Under the pieces are notes generated by a model, which was not told the origin of the DNA, ran no database searches, and saw only the letters and a list, made by a program, of their open reading frames with translations. Shown piece after piece: positions 15,576 to 35,599 of a DNA stretch of 64,000 bases. The stretch comes from the human T2T-CHM13v2.0 reference genome, Homo sapiens. The position numbers and the translations under genes were made by a program. The DNA lies in assembly GCF_009914755.1 (NCBI RefSeq), contig NC_060932.1, one strand, 5' to 3'. Within the stretch, counting starts at the first letter, position 1, and every line of letters begins with the position of its first letter.

Positions 15576-16094
15576 CTTAATATTTGTAAACATAAAAACA
15601 ATGCAAAGTGTTAAATAATATGATACAACCAAGATCAAATATCACTTTCATATTAAAAAATGCAAGGGGACTATTATAAGAGACAGATTTTTAGATTGGA
15701 TCACAAAACAAAATCTTATCATTTTAATCTTTAAAAAATGCTTACAGTATAGCATGCAGCCAACATACAGGCGCTTTATGTAGCTTTGCTCTTTGGAAAC
15801 AGCTATCGTGACTAGAGTAGCCACTAAACACTGCGATTTATAGTTTAATTTGATCTGTCTCCCACTTGTGTACAGTGGAGTGGATTCAAAAGCCAGACCG
15901 AGGCACACCTGGGCAGTCCAGGAGGTCGGCTCTGATCACCCACTTCCTTCGAGTTCTACTTGCCTGACCCTCCTCTGACTCCCTATACCTCCTCCACCCT
16001 TCATCCTGCTCCTATTCCTGTCTCCTAATCCGTACATGAGTTCACAGGTATCAGGTCAGGAATTCATCCTTCTCACACTCACAAAGATACACAT

Positions 16095-17015
<921 letters not shown>

Positions 17016-17597
17016 AATTCAATCTTGAACAACTGGGTTTTTGGCTCAAGGCAAATAGAAGGGAACACACATTTTGAATAGTATGCAGAACAGAGTGGTC
17101 TCAGTCAGTCAATAACTGTTGTTTAAGTGCCTACTGTCCCTTACACTATAATGGAAGTTCAACAGTCCATTTTGAAGACAAACCAGTTAAAAAAGCAATT
17201 ATAATGAAGAGTGGTAAGTGCTATCAGAGGATAAATACAAGCTAGCACATTGGAATGATTACACAGAGGACCTGCCCAGACCTGTGGACAACTGTCCATG
17301 CAGTTTCTATGGAGCACAATAAACCTGGCCTGCAGTTCACACCTTTTGAAGAGTATATCAGTGCAGGGCAGGGGGACGGTCAACCAAGTAACATTTTTAA
17401 TATTCCATGTGACATTAGCTTAAAAATGGGGGCTTTGATATGACATATGAGGTTGGTATTCCTTCAAAAGAAATATGCAAAATCTTTTCTCCCTTAAGCC
17501 ACATGTAGGGCATCTCATTAATACTGTTAGTTGGCTTATTGCAAGGTGCATAATAGAGACCTGGAAAGGGCACATTTCTCACAGCAGCACCTCCCTT

Positions 17598-18043
17598 TGA
17601 TAGATGCAGGAGGCAGATAAGGCAGGCTCCCTGGAGAATCTCTGACCCTCCCCACAAGTGTTTACATCAGATGCTTTTGTAAACATGAAGGAACCTTCCC
17701 AGGGCCTTGTCTGGGCTTGCCCACAATGTACTGGAGGCCCGCCTGTGCACTGGGAGAATGGGGTGGAGCCACTGGGATTTGCGCCTTATGCAGAGGGGAG
17801 GAGCCTGGCCTCTTCAGCTCACGTATGTGCATCTGTGTGTGTCTGTGTGTGTTTTGGTGGCCTGGTATTCAATCTGTGAGGTGGGAGCCTGTTGGCAGAA
17901 CCCCCTTTTTGTTTGCCGACAGCTTTCTTTTAATAAATCCCGCTCTCCTCACCTTTGAGTGTATTCGTGTGCCTAATTTTTCCTGGTTGTGTGGCAAGAA
18001 CCTGGATTTTACATGAACTAAGGAGCAAAAAACTCCTGCATCG
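17598..18043 (+). mobile_element. ERV1 solo LTR (MER4-group, MER83/84-like)
   Basis: Start tgatagatgcaggaggcagataagg; aataaa near 17932; end ctaaggagcaaaaaactcctgcatc. Confidence 0.7.
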
Positions 18044-18351
18044 CTTTGATAGCTCCCCTGTTCGGGTGGCATGTGGGTGGGGCACGGAGCCTATTTTCCT
18101 TCATAAAAGCTTCTCATAGAGGACAAAATGGAGTTGAAAATGAGTATAGAGTTCTTATTTCTTTGGTTTGATAGTAGCATTACTGCTACCACACTTAGTC
18201 CACGAAGAGAAATATCATCTATAGGGTGACATGCTCTTTTTTAATGCTTTGGTCACATGTTGCCAAGTTCCTTCCAGAAAAGTTGGCCCATTCCTAAGCG
18301 ATGCATAGGAATTGGACACGTTATTTTCTGGGAAAGAATATGGGGCAATTG

Positions 18352-19104
<753 letters not shown>

Positions 19105-19904
19105 AAATGGTCCTTTCTTTCTATCTTTCCATATGAGAGGCGAATGTTATTAATGTTGCTTTTCTTTCCTATAACACAATAAGTTGTAACAAAAAGAATC
19201 CTGGGCTGTTATGACATGAGTCTAAGGCTAAGAAAACGAGCTCCCAACACACCCTCTAGGTACCATAGTAGCTCCTTATTTTCCCTGGACCTCCCACCCA
19301 GCCATGCCACTTTTAACCATTTCCACTGTGCTTTCTCCGCATTTATGTCTTATTTGATGCCTGCCTGGTATCTCTGATCTCTGCCTGCCCTGACTTGTGG
19401 ATTGATGCCTCGTTGCTACTACTCAGTGTCAGGGTTCTTGTCCACACAGCATTCCTCGTCCTCTGAGTCTTGTACAGCAGGTAGCTCTTTCCCTCATCCC
19501 AGGACCTGACCTCCATGGCAGATTCTGGCCGCAAAGGAGTCTGACCCAGGTCAATGAGCCTGGGCTGAGCCCAGCAAATATGCTCAAAACATACATAGTG
19601 TGTAATAGATTAAGAACTGAATGACATTGAATGATATATGATAGAAAGCCATCGGTTTTCTAAAACCTGGTCCTAATTTTCCCCTTATCCTACAGAAAAT
19701 AGGAACAGAGAGAGAGAGAAATTCTGATTTTCTGGTTATTGAACTAAATTACCCATCTAATTAGACTGCAGGATTCTTGTTAGGTCGTCTTTCTGTAGGC
19801 TGGTGCTAGAGTTTGACTTATAATAGGTACAACAGATGCATAATCTCCTCCTCCAGGGTCAGCTGCTCTACCCACAGCCCCTTCTCCCTTCTACCACCTC
19901 TTAA

Positions 19905-20208
19905 TTTTCTTTTTTTTTTCTTTTTTTTTGAGATGGAGTCTCGCTCTGTCATCCAGGCTGGAGGGCAGTGGCACAATCTCGACTCACTGTAAGCTCTGCC
20001 TCCTGGGTTCAAGTGATTCTCGTGCCTCAGCCTCCCAAGTAGCTGGGGTTACAGGTGCCCGCCACCACACCCAGCTAATTTTTGTATTTTTAGTAGAGAC
20101 AGGGTTTCACCGTGTTGGTCAGGCTGGTCTCGAACTCCTGACCTCGTGATCCACCTGCCTGGGCCTCCCAAAGTGCTGGGATTACAAGCATGAGCCACTG
20201 TGCCTGGC
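19905..20208 (-). mobile_element. AluS
   Basis: Dimeric Alu, TSD cacc.cttaatttt. Confidence 0.9.
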
Positions 20209-20678
20209 TGCACCCCTTAATTTTCAATTACCATCCTCCACTCAAGTTAATGATCCTATCTTCCAACACTGAACCCAAACTTTTCATGTCTTGCCCAGCT
20301 CCCTTCATGAAGCCAAGTGCCAGCTCAATAGGCAAAGTGTTGGCCCAAAACCAAACTGCCATCTGTGCTGGGATCTCCGGTTCACTGTGGCCTGGCTCCG
20401 GTACTGGGATCTCTGACCCTGGTTGTCCAGTTATTGTTCTATCTTTCCTACAGACTTCCCATTTGCTGACCCTCTGCCTGAATTCTGATTCAGAACACGC
20501 ATTTTCCTAACCAGGCCAGCCTGCTCTGATATCAATGTTTGTTAATGTTATAGCAATAAGTGACTAAGTCATGGTCAACTGATTAACCTGATAGAGTAGT
20601 TTTCCATTGCAAGAATAATAAGCCAAATAAATCTGGCCCATTTCTCTCATATCCTTACTATATTTAACAAGGAGTTGG

Positions 20679-20999
20679 TGGCCGGGCATGGTGGCTCACG
20701 CCTGTAATCCCAGCACTTTGGGAGGCCCAGTCGTGTGTATCACGAGGTCAGGAGATCAAGACCATCCTGCCTAACATGGTGAAGACCCATCTCTACTAAA
20801 AATACAAAAAAATTAGCCAGGTGTGGTGGCGGGCGCCTAAAGTCCCAGCTACTCAGGAGGCTGAGGCAGGAGAATGGCGTGAACCTGGGAGGTGGAGCTT
20901 GCAATGAGCCAAGGTTGTGCCACTGCACTACAGCCTGAGCGACAGAGCAAGACTCCAACTCAAAAAGAAAAAGCGGAAAAAACAGCAACAACAAAAAAA
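20679..20999 (+). mobile_element. AluY
   Basis: Y diagnostics gaatggcgtgaacc, gagcttgc. Confidence 0.9.
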
Positions 21000-21828
21000 T
21001 GATCATTTGTTTGTGTTTATCTGTAATTAGATTTGGAGTATTTCATCTTTGAAATTTCATCATCTTGAAAATGTCTTTTCACATAAATAGGAATGACCAA
21101 GTACTGACATAAATCCACGAACATATGATTTTAATGGAGAATATTCATCACAAGGATATTTTAGGATTCTATTAGATTCTTCTCTTGATAGTTTTAGCAT
21201 GCTGCTACATTGCTACACTGCAAATGTATCACTTCTAGTTGAAAGCTAGGTAGAAGCTCTCAATTCCACAGTTTAATACATTTTGAAGTATGGAAATTTC
21301 AATCCATACTTGCATTGAGGATAAAACTGTAGTTTAAGCTTAGAAATTATACCCACTACAAAATTGTGTAAGAATAAAGGTCTTACTTCTTGCTTTAACT
21401 TTTTACATCACTTCAAGTCTATAAGTAGCTTGGCATTATTTGTGATCCAAATAACATGTTATTGTCAAAATGACTTTCCAGCAATGTAAACTTCATAAAC
21501 GAGTAATGTTTTGCCTTGAAATTTTAGGTTTACTTAAAAATATTGTCGAGTCTGGAACAAACATTAATTTCCAAAGCCATGTAGTATTGAAGGGAGTTCT
21601 TCTCATTCAGATTAATTTAATCTTGACCATAGAGCTTTACCACTGTTAAGCCACTGAAAACAAGTCAGGACATTCACTTTTATATCTGACAATATTTTAC
21701 AGAAGGGACAATGGTAAAGTCCACCAAGAGCGAAGAGAGTTAACATTGAAACTACTGATTCAATAATATACGATATATTCAAATATTTTCTGCATAGTGC
21801 CTGCTGATGACAAAATAAATAACCATAG

Positions 21829-22340
<512 letters not shown>

Positions 22341-22684
22341 TAATCTTTCATCATTTTAAACTCAGCATTGACTCCTTAAATAACAACTGAGAAGCATTAG
22401 TAACATCTGTCAACTCATTAAGAACCAACAGAAATCACTTACTTTGTTTTTGATACTGCTATTTATCCCAAATTCCCCAACTATTTGAGCAACTATTCGA
22501 GCAACTATTCTTGCTGAAAGGCTAATAGTCTTATTTCCTCTGGACAGAGTCCAGGGTTTATTTTCTCTGGACACATTCCTTTGGCTGCTAATCAAACATG
22601 ATGTAATTAACTTACCATCAATAAATAGCTCTCCTTGCTTGGTTAACAAATGAGCCTCATGGAAAATCACTTTCCTTGCAGCAA

Positions 22685-22981
<297 letters not shown>

Positions 22982-23237
22982 ACAGCATCATTTTTATTGT
23001 TCATTTTTGTGAACAAATTCAGCTATATTAAAATATTCTTTTTTAAATTATCTAATTTTCTAGACCATTGCCTTTCTGTAAGTTAGGAAGATTGTGATAA
23101 GTGCTTAGTCTGGTTATGATGATGCATATTGTATTTTTTAGCCTAACTACAGTGTCATTCTATTATAAATATGATTCTTTGTCATCTAATTCAATAACAA
23201 AATAATCAACACTGCTATGCCTTAGAAGTGTGACATT

Positions 23238-23368
23238 CCGGGAGGCTGAGGGACGAAAATGGCATGAACCCGGGAGGCAGAGCTTGCAGTGAGCCGAGAC
23301 TGCGCCACTGCACTCCAGCCTGGGCACCAGAGCGAGACTCTGTCTCAAAAACAATTAAAAAAAAGAAA
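23238..23368 (+). mobile_element. 5'-truncated AluY
   Basis: Right-arm 3' part only; TSD aagt.t.acattc. Confidence 0.85.
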
Positions 23369-23380
23369 GTATTACATTCA

Positions 23381-23761
<381 letters not shown>

Positions 23762-24036
23762 TTACAGCATGCAGATATGTATGGCACTTGAAATAATGTC
23801 AAGTTTTGAGTTTACTGTGATTTGTAATGTGCTGAGAAGAGCATGACGCTACGAGGACCCCACTCAGGACTATTGTGCCTACACAATTCTGCCACTGTAA
23901 CCCAAAAGTGACCACAGGCAGCTCAGAAATGAATGAGTGTGGATATGTTCTAAGAAAACTTTAAGTATGGACACTGGAATTTGAAATTCGTATGATTTTC
24001 GTGTGTCACAAAATATTAATTAAAAAGTAAATTATT

Positions 24037-24358
<322 letters not shown>

Positions 24359-24476
24359 TCATGGGCCATACAAAAACAGAGGGTCAGCTGGGTTTAAACC
24401 TCAGGCTGTAATTTACTGACCCCTGTATTAAACAGCAGGCAAGCCAAAGTTAAAAGTTATAAAAGTTAATACAAAA

Positions 24477-24974
<498 letters not shown>

Positions 24975-25740
24975 TGAGGGCGGTGGTGTCTAATCTGATT
25001 CTAACATTTGAGAAATTTTGCAGTGGCTGTACCCAATAGGCTCTCACATCCCACTAGTAAGTAATTGTGGTTATTTAAAAATGAAATTTTTTAAATTATG
25101 CATTTCTTCAAATGGCTGCTAAATTGGTAGTCCAAACTACTTATTAGTGTATTATAACTTCTCTACTTAATAAACAGAACTCTTAGATATATTTTTGAGC
25201 CTAGGAATATTTTGAAAAAATTTTGAAGACACTAAGGGATCTATGCGCCTAACAAATTTGGAAACCTATCATCCAGACTATGATTTAAGTCACAGCCAGC
25301 TCCTTCTGAAACAGGTGGGGCCTCTCTGGGGAAGAGAGCAATTCTCCCACGCAAGTCAAAATCCTCCACCAAGGAGATGGAAATCAGGATACACGTGCCT
25401 GGGACTCTTCTTTCCTAATGCCTTGGAACCTATAGGGGGGAAAGTAGAAAATGGAAATAACCCAAAGAAGGTACATAAGAACCGAAAGACAAGCAAATAG
25501 AAAAATCACGACGGGGAGTCTGTATTTCCACCCTGCTCTTTTTTCTTTTTCTTTTCTCCAGACCCGCATGCCTCCTCGACAGTGTGTTTCCCCATCACTT
25601 CTAATCCCAGCCTTGTTTGTTGATTTGCTTGGGCTGTTACAGTGGAATTTGGTTTTATTGAATTCTCAGCATGAAAACGATGCTTGCTGAAAGCAAAATT
25701 GTGTGTAAAAGTTATATCTTCCTTCTAGACAGTGATATGA

Positions 25741-26462
<722 letters not shown>

Positions 26463-27104
26463 AAGCAAGCACCCTCTTAAGCCAAATAAAGGATTCCTCT
26501 TTCTCATGCCCGCAATGAAGCTGCCGCTCACTGGCTGCCTTTGGCTTTGACCTAGTCACAGTGAATTGCAATAGTCTGCTGCGCTTCTGTCTGCTGTCTA
26601 TCAGGCTTTGACCTTTGGGAAGAGGAGGCTCTGTCTCTTTTATCTTTGTCTCACATTCGCCTAGAACGGTGACTGGCACTTAGGAGAAGTGGAGGAATAT
26701 CTGTTGATTTATAAATGAATAACTGAGGGCTGTCATCGTCTTTCCTCTGTGCTGTTGAGGAAAGCTGAAGAGACGGCCAGCCCTTCAGCTCTATGATGAC
26801 AGGTAGCTTTGATTTTGCACTTTAGAGCTTTTTCATGCACATAAATCCATTAGTTTTTCTAACAACCTCAAAGGAAGTATTATTTTCGTCACTTGCATAT
26901 AACTTCTAAAATGAAGTTTGGAACCATTACAAGACCTAACCCAAAACACACAGTTATTAATTGGCAGGTGTGGAACTTGAACTCAGCCTTACTGAACACC
27001 AGTCCAGCATCCTTCCTTCAATAACAGCATTTGCTCTGTGAAGCCATGCGTGCCATGCTAGTAGGCTCTTCCTCCTACCTTGCATGTGAGTTGCATAAGG
27101 CAGT

Positions 27105-27530
27105 GTTTGAGCTAGGGCTCCTTGGTTAGAAACAACAGAAACTGATCCAGACTCACTTAAGCAAAGGGCGTTTATTATAATCATGTTGAGGGTCTATAAA
27201 ATCTATGAGAGGCTAAAGAAACGGTCAGCCTACTAAGGGAGGTGAGATGCTACAGTCACAACTGCTTTTCTGCAAAAACAGACCTAGCAGGATACCCAGG
27301 CTGGGAAGAGTCCATTGCAGTGGCTTCTTGCACCTCTGAGCCATTCTTTCCGGAGTCAAAGTTCTGGCAGATGGTTTCATTGGCCAAGCATCAGTCACTT
27401 GCACCTCTATAGCTGTACTTGGTGGGAGAAAAAGGAGCCGGCTCCTTTAGTTTCAACAGTAGGAGAAAGGCACCCGTACTTACCATCCCCTCCATAACTG
27501 CACAAAATGTGGGATGAATAATTCCCCAAA
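27105..27530 (-). mobile_element. Old MLT1-type LTR
   Basis: ttggttagaaacaacagaaact...cttaagcaaaggg..tttatt motif typical of old MaLR LTR ends. Confidence 0.4.
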
Positions 27531-27973
27531 AGGGAATTGAGTGTGGACGGGTAATAGAAAAAATGTTGCATGATAATAAACAGACAAATAAATGCAACAC
27601 TCAAGAATAATATTATTGATTTTGGAGCATTTTACATAGAAAAGAAACAGAAAAGAGAATGTGTTTGTGTTGATTGTTTTCCTGAATGGAACTATAATAA
27701 TCGTAACCAACATAGTCATCTATATTTAAAAGTCAAGTAACGGTGCTTTCAACTCACACATAAAATCTCAAAATGTGAAAGATTTCAGGCTGCTGTACCA
27801 TAGATGTTCAATGAAATTTTTTCTCTTCCTTTCTTTCTTTCCATTTGTTTTTCCTGGCTTTATTAAAGCATAATTGACAGATACATATTTCTTTCTTTAA
27901 ATATGTCTACCTTCCATTATGTGGTATGATTACATACCTTTGAGGGCTTACGTATCTAAAAAATCTTTCCTAA

Positions 27974-28281
<308 letters not shown>

Positions 28282-30124
28282 GATAATATATTTTTATCAG
28301 TAACATTGTCTGGTTATATTTGCTTGACTTCGGCAAGTTCGCTTCTGGAACATCAGGACACTGTGGAGATTAAGTTTCTTCCCATATTGTTGTTTTTCCC
28401 CCCAAATCATCAGGCAACCTGAGCTTTGCAATACCCAGAATTGTCCACAGTCCTAGGTCCTTTTGCAATCACGATTACGTCTCCATTTCTTATGTGTCTG
28501 TAACCTCATTGTGACCTTCAGTAATTTCTCATTTGAGGTTATTTTTTCCTGGTTTGAAGCATGACTGTGGCAGTCATCTTAATGAATGATGCTTGTTGAG
28601 ACTGGCCACAGTTAAAGAGTGAACTCTGGCTATCACTCAAGTTTCTATTGATCAGTGAAATTTCAGGGGGGAAATCAATAATTAGCAATTTCTTTTTCTT
28701 TCCAAAATATTGGAGGAAACAAAGACATGTGATCGGTTATTTACTACTCCAGTTGGTGCAGAGAATTCAGGAGCTTACCCACAGTCACTTAATCTTTCTC
28801 TGCTTTAATGAAGCTCCAGCCCTGACTTCAGCATCAGGTCAATTTGACTGATTGCTGGGGGACTTGCCAAAATTACCTACTGCCCTTAGTTGTTCAATTC
28901 CAGAAACTGGAAAATAACTTTGGAGGCAACTTTAGGAGGAAGACTATTTGTCCTCTATATAGTCTAACCACCACCCCAAGACCCCCTATCTTCCTCTTTA
29001 AGAAACAGGAGATAGGGCTGGAGGCAGATGGGCTGAAATCTAAAATAGGTTGCAGCAAATATTCCTACAGTCATAAAATATGCAAAAAGCATCCTTTAAA
29101 TGTTAAGTATTTGGTTGACTCATATGACATTGCCGCTTTTGTAGACTAAGGACAGTGAAATATCAGTGATTTCTTATATTTTAACCTAAATAAAGCTGGC
29201 CAGGCTCTGGGGATACAGCAGAAAGTGAGGCAGATACAGCCTTTGCCCTTCAGGCAGGGAAAATGACATGAAGCTTTGTCACATGACATGTTATTAATTA
29301 TGTTGTGGGCTCTGCCACAGAGCAGGTAACAGAGGAACTTTCCACTGGGGGTAGTTCTGGGATGGCTTCTCTGCAGAGGTGACCTGGAGGTTTCATGCTG
29401 AATGACGAGCACAGGCTGATAAGCAGAGGCCGGAGGAGGTGGGGACATTTCCGGCTGAGGGGACCACCCCAGGGGGAGCTTGGGGAGCTGTGCAGTGACT
29501 ACAGATAGAAAGATGGGGTTCATCAGAGCACCACACAGTTCCCTGGGAGGCAACCGCCCTCAAGTGAAACTCCCAATGAGACACTATAGAATTCTAAATA
29601 TTTTATAATGGCATTTATCTCTAGAAGCAAGAAAAACGCTATGGTTGATGGAAAGACCAAATAGAATTAGATACGACGTCAATAACTTTGCATGGCACTA
29701 AAATGTCTTATGGAATTAATTTAGAGTTTACAAAATGGAGATTTCGGTTACACCTGATTTAGGAATTTTACCATTTATAGATGAGATTGTAGTGATTATT
29801 CAGATGCAATGAACAGAAGGGAAGAAGCCAAAATCAATCTTTCTAACAAGATTCTCTACACTGCTTGCAAGCTTTTGTGTTTCATCAAATATATATTTGG
29901 AGTTATTTTTCCTCCAGATGAATTAATTCTCCATTTCCTGGTTTAAAGTATTTCCTTTCCTGCTCAGCTGTCTCATCTCTGAGAGTGTTTTTATATTTCA
30001 TCTGCATCATCAAGTATGTTTACCTAAAATGGGCCCTCTGACACAAATTTACACGTACCTGTTCCAAAATTCAGGTTCATTTTGGGGGTCAGAAGCTTTT
30101 CCTCTTTAGGAAGGCCACACAGCA

Positions 30125-30380
30125 AAGTGGTTAAATATAAAAACTAACAAACAGAAAAGCTGGGCTTTGGAATCCACAGGCCTGGTTCTGATTCCCACTG
30201 CTGTGTAACATGACTTTGTACAAGGCACTTGATCTCTCTGAGCCACAATTTTTGTTTATTTTAAAAAGGAAGATAATTTTAAAAATGTGCATAATAGAGT
30301 TTTTATGAGCAGTAAATGTCATAGTGCATATATTCACTTAACAGAAAGCTTGGCACGTATTGTGCTTAATAAATAGCAAT
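30125..30380 (+). mobile_element. MIR
   Basis: gtggttaa...ctgggctttggaatc...tgactttgtacaaggcacttgatctctctgagcc. Confidence 0.65.
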
Positions 30381-30554
30381 CATCATTTTGTTCAATATTA
30401 TGTGCAATTCATGATTTTCCTGAAGTAATCAATAATAATAACTTTTATTAAACATACCCTTTTAGGCCAGGCACTGCTTTGTAAATTTAACATATATCAC
30501 CATATTATTTTAAATCCCCTCAAAGTTGATCTTATTTTTATCAGTTTGGGGAAT

Positions 30555-30760
30555 GAAGTAGTGTAATGCAGTCTTCAGAGTACGGTTTTCAGAGCCGGAA
30601 GACCTGAGTTCCATTGCTGATTCTGTAATTTATTAATAGCAAGAACTTGGGACAGTCATTTAGTTCCTCTGGGTCTTTGTTTCCTCATCCGAAAAATGGG
30701 ATACACTTATCAGCTTATATAGACTTTGTGGGAACTGAGTGTGACATAACATGAAAATTA
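30555..30760 (+). mobile_element. MIR
   Basis: gacctgagttcc...cttgggacagtcatttagttcctctggg..tttcctcatccgaaaaatggg. Confidence 0.65.
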
Positions 30761-30769
30761 CAAAGTACA

Positions 30770-30993
30770 GGCCGGGCATGGTGGCTCACGCCTGTAATCC
30801 CAGCACTTTGGGAGGCCAAGGTGGGCAGATCACGAGGTCAGGAGATCGAGACCATCCTGGCCAACACGGTGAACCCCACCTCTACTAAAAATACAAAAAA
30901 AAATTAGCCGGGCATGGTGGCGGGAGCCTGTAGTCCCAGCTACTCGGGAGGCTGAAGCAGGAAAATGGCATGAACCCAGGAGGCGGAGCTTGC

Positions 30994-30994
<1 letters not shown>
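30770..30994 (+). mobile_element. AluY-like element broken in its right arm
   Basis: Alu sequence stops at gagcttgca; upstream flank aattacaaagtaca recurs only after 31377. Confidence 0.9.
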
Positions 30995-31379
<385 letters not shown>

Positions 31380-32195
31380 TTACAAGGTTCAGCTCCTTAT
31401 GCATAGTAAACATAAAAAAATCTTAGCCTGTTTTATGATTTTCACAAGGAAATTGAGGCTCTAAGAGAATAAGTAGTTTATTAAGGGCAGCAAGTGTCAA
31501 CACCAAGATCTGAGGGCAGCTCTAAGTCCAAAGTCTGTGTTCTTTCCAGGAGACGATTTGAGTAAGTAACCTTGACCCCTGTTATTCTAAACACTGAAAA
31601 GCTTGTCTACTTGCCCTTGTCGGACACAAGTTGGCTAAATAGATTGTGGTCTTTCAGCTACCATATTCACTACAGTTATCAGTTGCCTTGTTTTCCCTAA
31701 GGGTGGCTACTTATACCTTACAAAATCATCCATCTGAACTCCAGGACTTTTCAGTAGCAGCTGGATAAGGAATGAGCCATGGAGATAAATACACAAGGAT
31801 AAGAACTGGCTGCCCTCACATGAAATCCAACATCTTTATAAAAGTAATATGAACATGCTGAAAAAATAAGGGCTTTTCTGCTTATAAGAAGATACATTAC
31901 ATTCGAAATAAAGATTTTCTGCTTATTACTATTTTAATGCATTAATTAAAGGCAGGTCATTATTGAACACATTATCATTAGTTATTTATTTCAAAGATGC
32001 ATATCGGTGGGCAGGTTTTGTGGTCCACAGTAAGGTTCTCTCAAATTTGAACTTGAGGTTAGATGCTATTTTCCCAATAAAATTAAAATGAAGAGTTTGT
32101 CATAAATAAGCCCAGTCATCTGGAGAAGGAATTACCCACCCTAATTGATCATATGTAGTCACTGGAAAGTGTTGCTTATTATTTAAGAAAAATTA

Positions 32196-32478
32196 GGTCA
32201 GGCACAGTGGCTCTTTCCTGTAATCCCAGCACTTGGGTAGGCTGAGGCGGGAGAATCACTTGAGCTCAGGAGTTTGAAGCCAGACTGGGCAACATGGCAA
32301 GATCCCGTCTCTACAAAAAAATGCAAAAATTAGCCAGGCTTGGTGGCACATACCTGTGGTCCCAGCTACTTGGGAGGCTGAGGTGGAAGGATAGCTTGAG
32401 CCTAGGAGATCAAGGCTGCGGTGAGCCATGCTTGCACCACTGCACTCCAGCCTTGGCAACAGAGTGAGATCTTCTCTC

Positions 32479-32506
<28 letters not shown>
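32196..32506 (+). mobile_element. AluJ
   Basis: cacttgagctcaggagttt, ggatagcttgagcctagg, caaggctgc. Confidence 0.9.
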
Positions 32507-32509
<3 letters not shown>

Positions 32510-34239
32510 AAATTATAGCTATCTTATCTAGTTTGCAGAATAATAATATTAGGAGATGAAGACTTAGAGTAATTTAGATATTAGCCACCATGCTAGATTC
32601 ATTCACGTATCTTTGTTAATTAAATTTCCCCAACAATTTGAGAAACGTCTTACTCTCACAGTAAAATGGTATACCGTATTGTATAACATATATAGGTGAG
32701 ACAACCAAAGTGCAAGGAGGCTATGTCATTTGCCCAGGAGCACAGTGATGAAATTTGAATTGAAGTCTGACACCAAATCCCATATCCTCTCAATAGAAAA
32801 GTAAGAATTCGAAAGTTTCCAATGCTACCCAGAGAAGAGTATGCCTATGAGAACTTCTCTACAGCAGCTCTCTCATCGCCCTCAGCAGATTTCAGTTCTG
32901 GTGACAAAGAAATTCCAATTTCTCATTGTCTGTGTCAGTCTCTGTAAGGTATGTCTAGTTAATCACTGTAAAGTCAGATAAACAGAATGTTCCAGAAACA
33001 CTTATGCTCTTAACAATTCCATCAAGAGTTCAACCCATATGTATCAAGTTCCTATACGCCCAGACACTACACTAAATGCTATGGGTAGTTTAGACTCAAA
33101 TAATTCATCTTTGATGAATGCAAAGATAAATTAGAGTCCTTCTCTGTCCTTAAGTTTAGCACAGAAGCTCACAACTTCTCATCACAAGATCCAAAATCAA
33201 CTGAAGAATCCAGGGAGGTGAGTTTTGTGTGGAACAGAACAGAGGGGCCTCTGGTTCAATAGCCCTAACATGATCTAAGGCTATCACAGGGAGCAAATGT
33301 AAAACCCTGTGTGAAGGGAAGGGAAATGTCACCTTGTTACTGTAAGTGAAGGCAGGAGTCTGGGTTCCACACTCAGTCTCTGTTGATACCCCACAGCAGG
33401 AGGGCCCCTCATTACTCCTGCAGGAAGCAGCAGGAGATTCTGCCCTTCCCACTGGGCTTCTGCCTATGCCAGCCTGGGAGTGTGATGCTCCTCAGGCCCT
33501 GAGGTCATCGGCCAGCGCTTGGCTTTCTTCTGCCTTCCAGGGGATTCTTCTGTTTGCTTTATGTATAACGTCCAGGGTTTTTAGTTGACTTAGCAGAAGA
33601 ATAGAGAAAAGTACTTCTACTGCATCTCCCAGAAACCACTTGTCAATCCAAAGCCAGCTTGCCTTGCGGGGGCTGCACATGGCAAGGGTTGAAGGCTGTG
33701 TTCAGCGTGTGTCACCTGCAGTGAAGACAGCCCCATGGGTGCTTCCTGCCCCTCCTGCATCTTGGCCTCACAGCAAAACCATGTCCCATCATAACTAGCC
33801 AGTTCCTGGAAAGGCAGACAGGCTGGGACTTAGATGAGAAAACAGTCATTCATCTCTGGATTTAATTCTGTCGTCTCCAGCTACAAGAATAACAAGCCAT
33901 ATGCTGTACTGTATTCCTGGCTAATACCCAGCAAGGAGGAAATGAGCATGCTTATGAATTATCCTGCTGATGTTCTCCAGTTTGCAAATCCAAGTGTTAT
34001 TTTAAGTACTATCTCTGCCAAAATAATCGTTTCCCACCACGGATGCTTCAATTTGAAAATAACCTTAGAAATTGTCTTCTTTATATTACATGTTCATCTT
34101 TACATTTTAAATCTATTTTTAACCCACAAGGGTTAATTTTGCAATAGCCACTGACTTACAAGAATCAATGCGGTATTGGCTGGCTAAAAAATTGCCCTTG
34201 CCTGCTAGTATGCAGTGAAAAACAGAAAAGCAGTTATTA

Positions 34240-34677
<438 letters not shown>

Positions 34678-35040
34678 TCAAAAATACACAATAAACCAAA
34701 ACATTCACATAAATGAAAAGATTTAAAAATCAGAAGCTAAACAGAAAACCTGGATTTACTTTTTATTCTTCAGTGTCTTTAGGTTTGAGTTCTCCTGTGT
34801 AACTATGGATAATTGCACATTCTGGCTCATTTTCCATAAGCTCCTGAATTATAGCATCTTTGTTATTATGGTAGTTAATGTGCAAACTTTGAGAATCTAC
34901 TTATTGCTGGAGAGGCACTCAAGTTCTTTTCCTGCCTTTCCATACAATCCAAAAACATCCACAAGTTCAAAGCGGGGAACAACAGTTAGCTGAGTACATG
35001 AACGAAAGACCAATACTCATGGTGAACCAGCCCCCACCAA

Positions 35041-35041
<1 letters not shown>

Positions 35042-35094
<53 letters not shown>
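35042..35094. repeat. (CA)n microsatellite
   Basis: Direct. Confidence 0.95.
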
Positions 35095-35096
<2 letters not shown>

Positions 35097-35298
35097 GTGA
35101 GCCACTGGGTGTAGCCAGAAAAAGGGGAGAGAGAAGCAGGCCATTTTCAAGATGCCCTTCATATCCCTTGAGATAGCTCCACAAGACCCATGGGTCTGAG
35201 AGCAGACTACCCAGCAGTGGAAAGCCTCCACTCCCAGCCTCTAAATGTAGCACCTTAACAAAACATCTAGAACGGCTTCTGATCTGCTTGTGGATTAA

Positions 35299-35599
<301 letters not shown>

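Noticed and set aside
32822-32955. 41-aa small ORF followed by AAG|GTATGT
   Set aside because: Expected by chance at this length; no homology recognised
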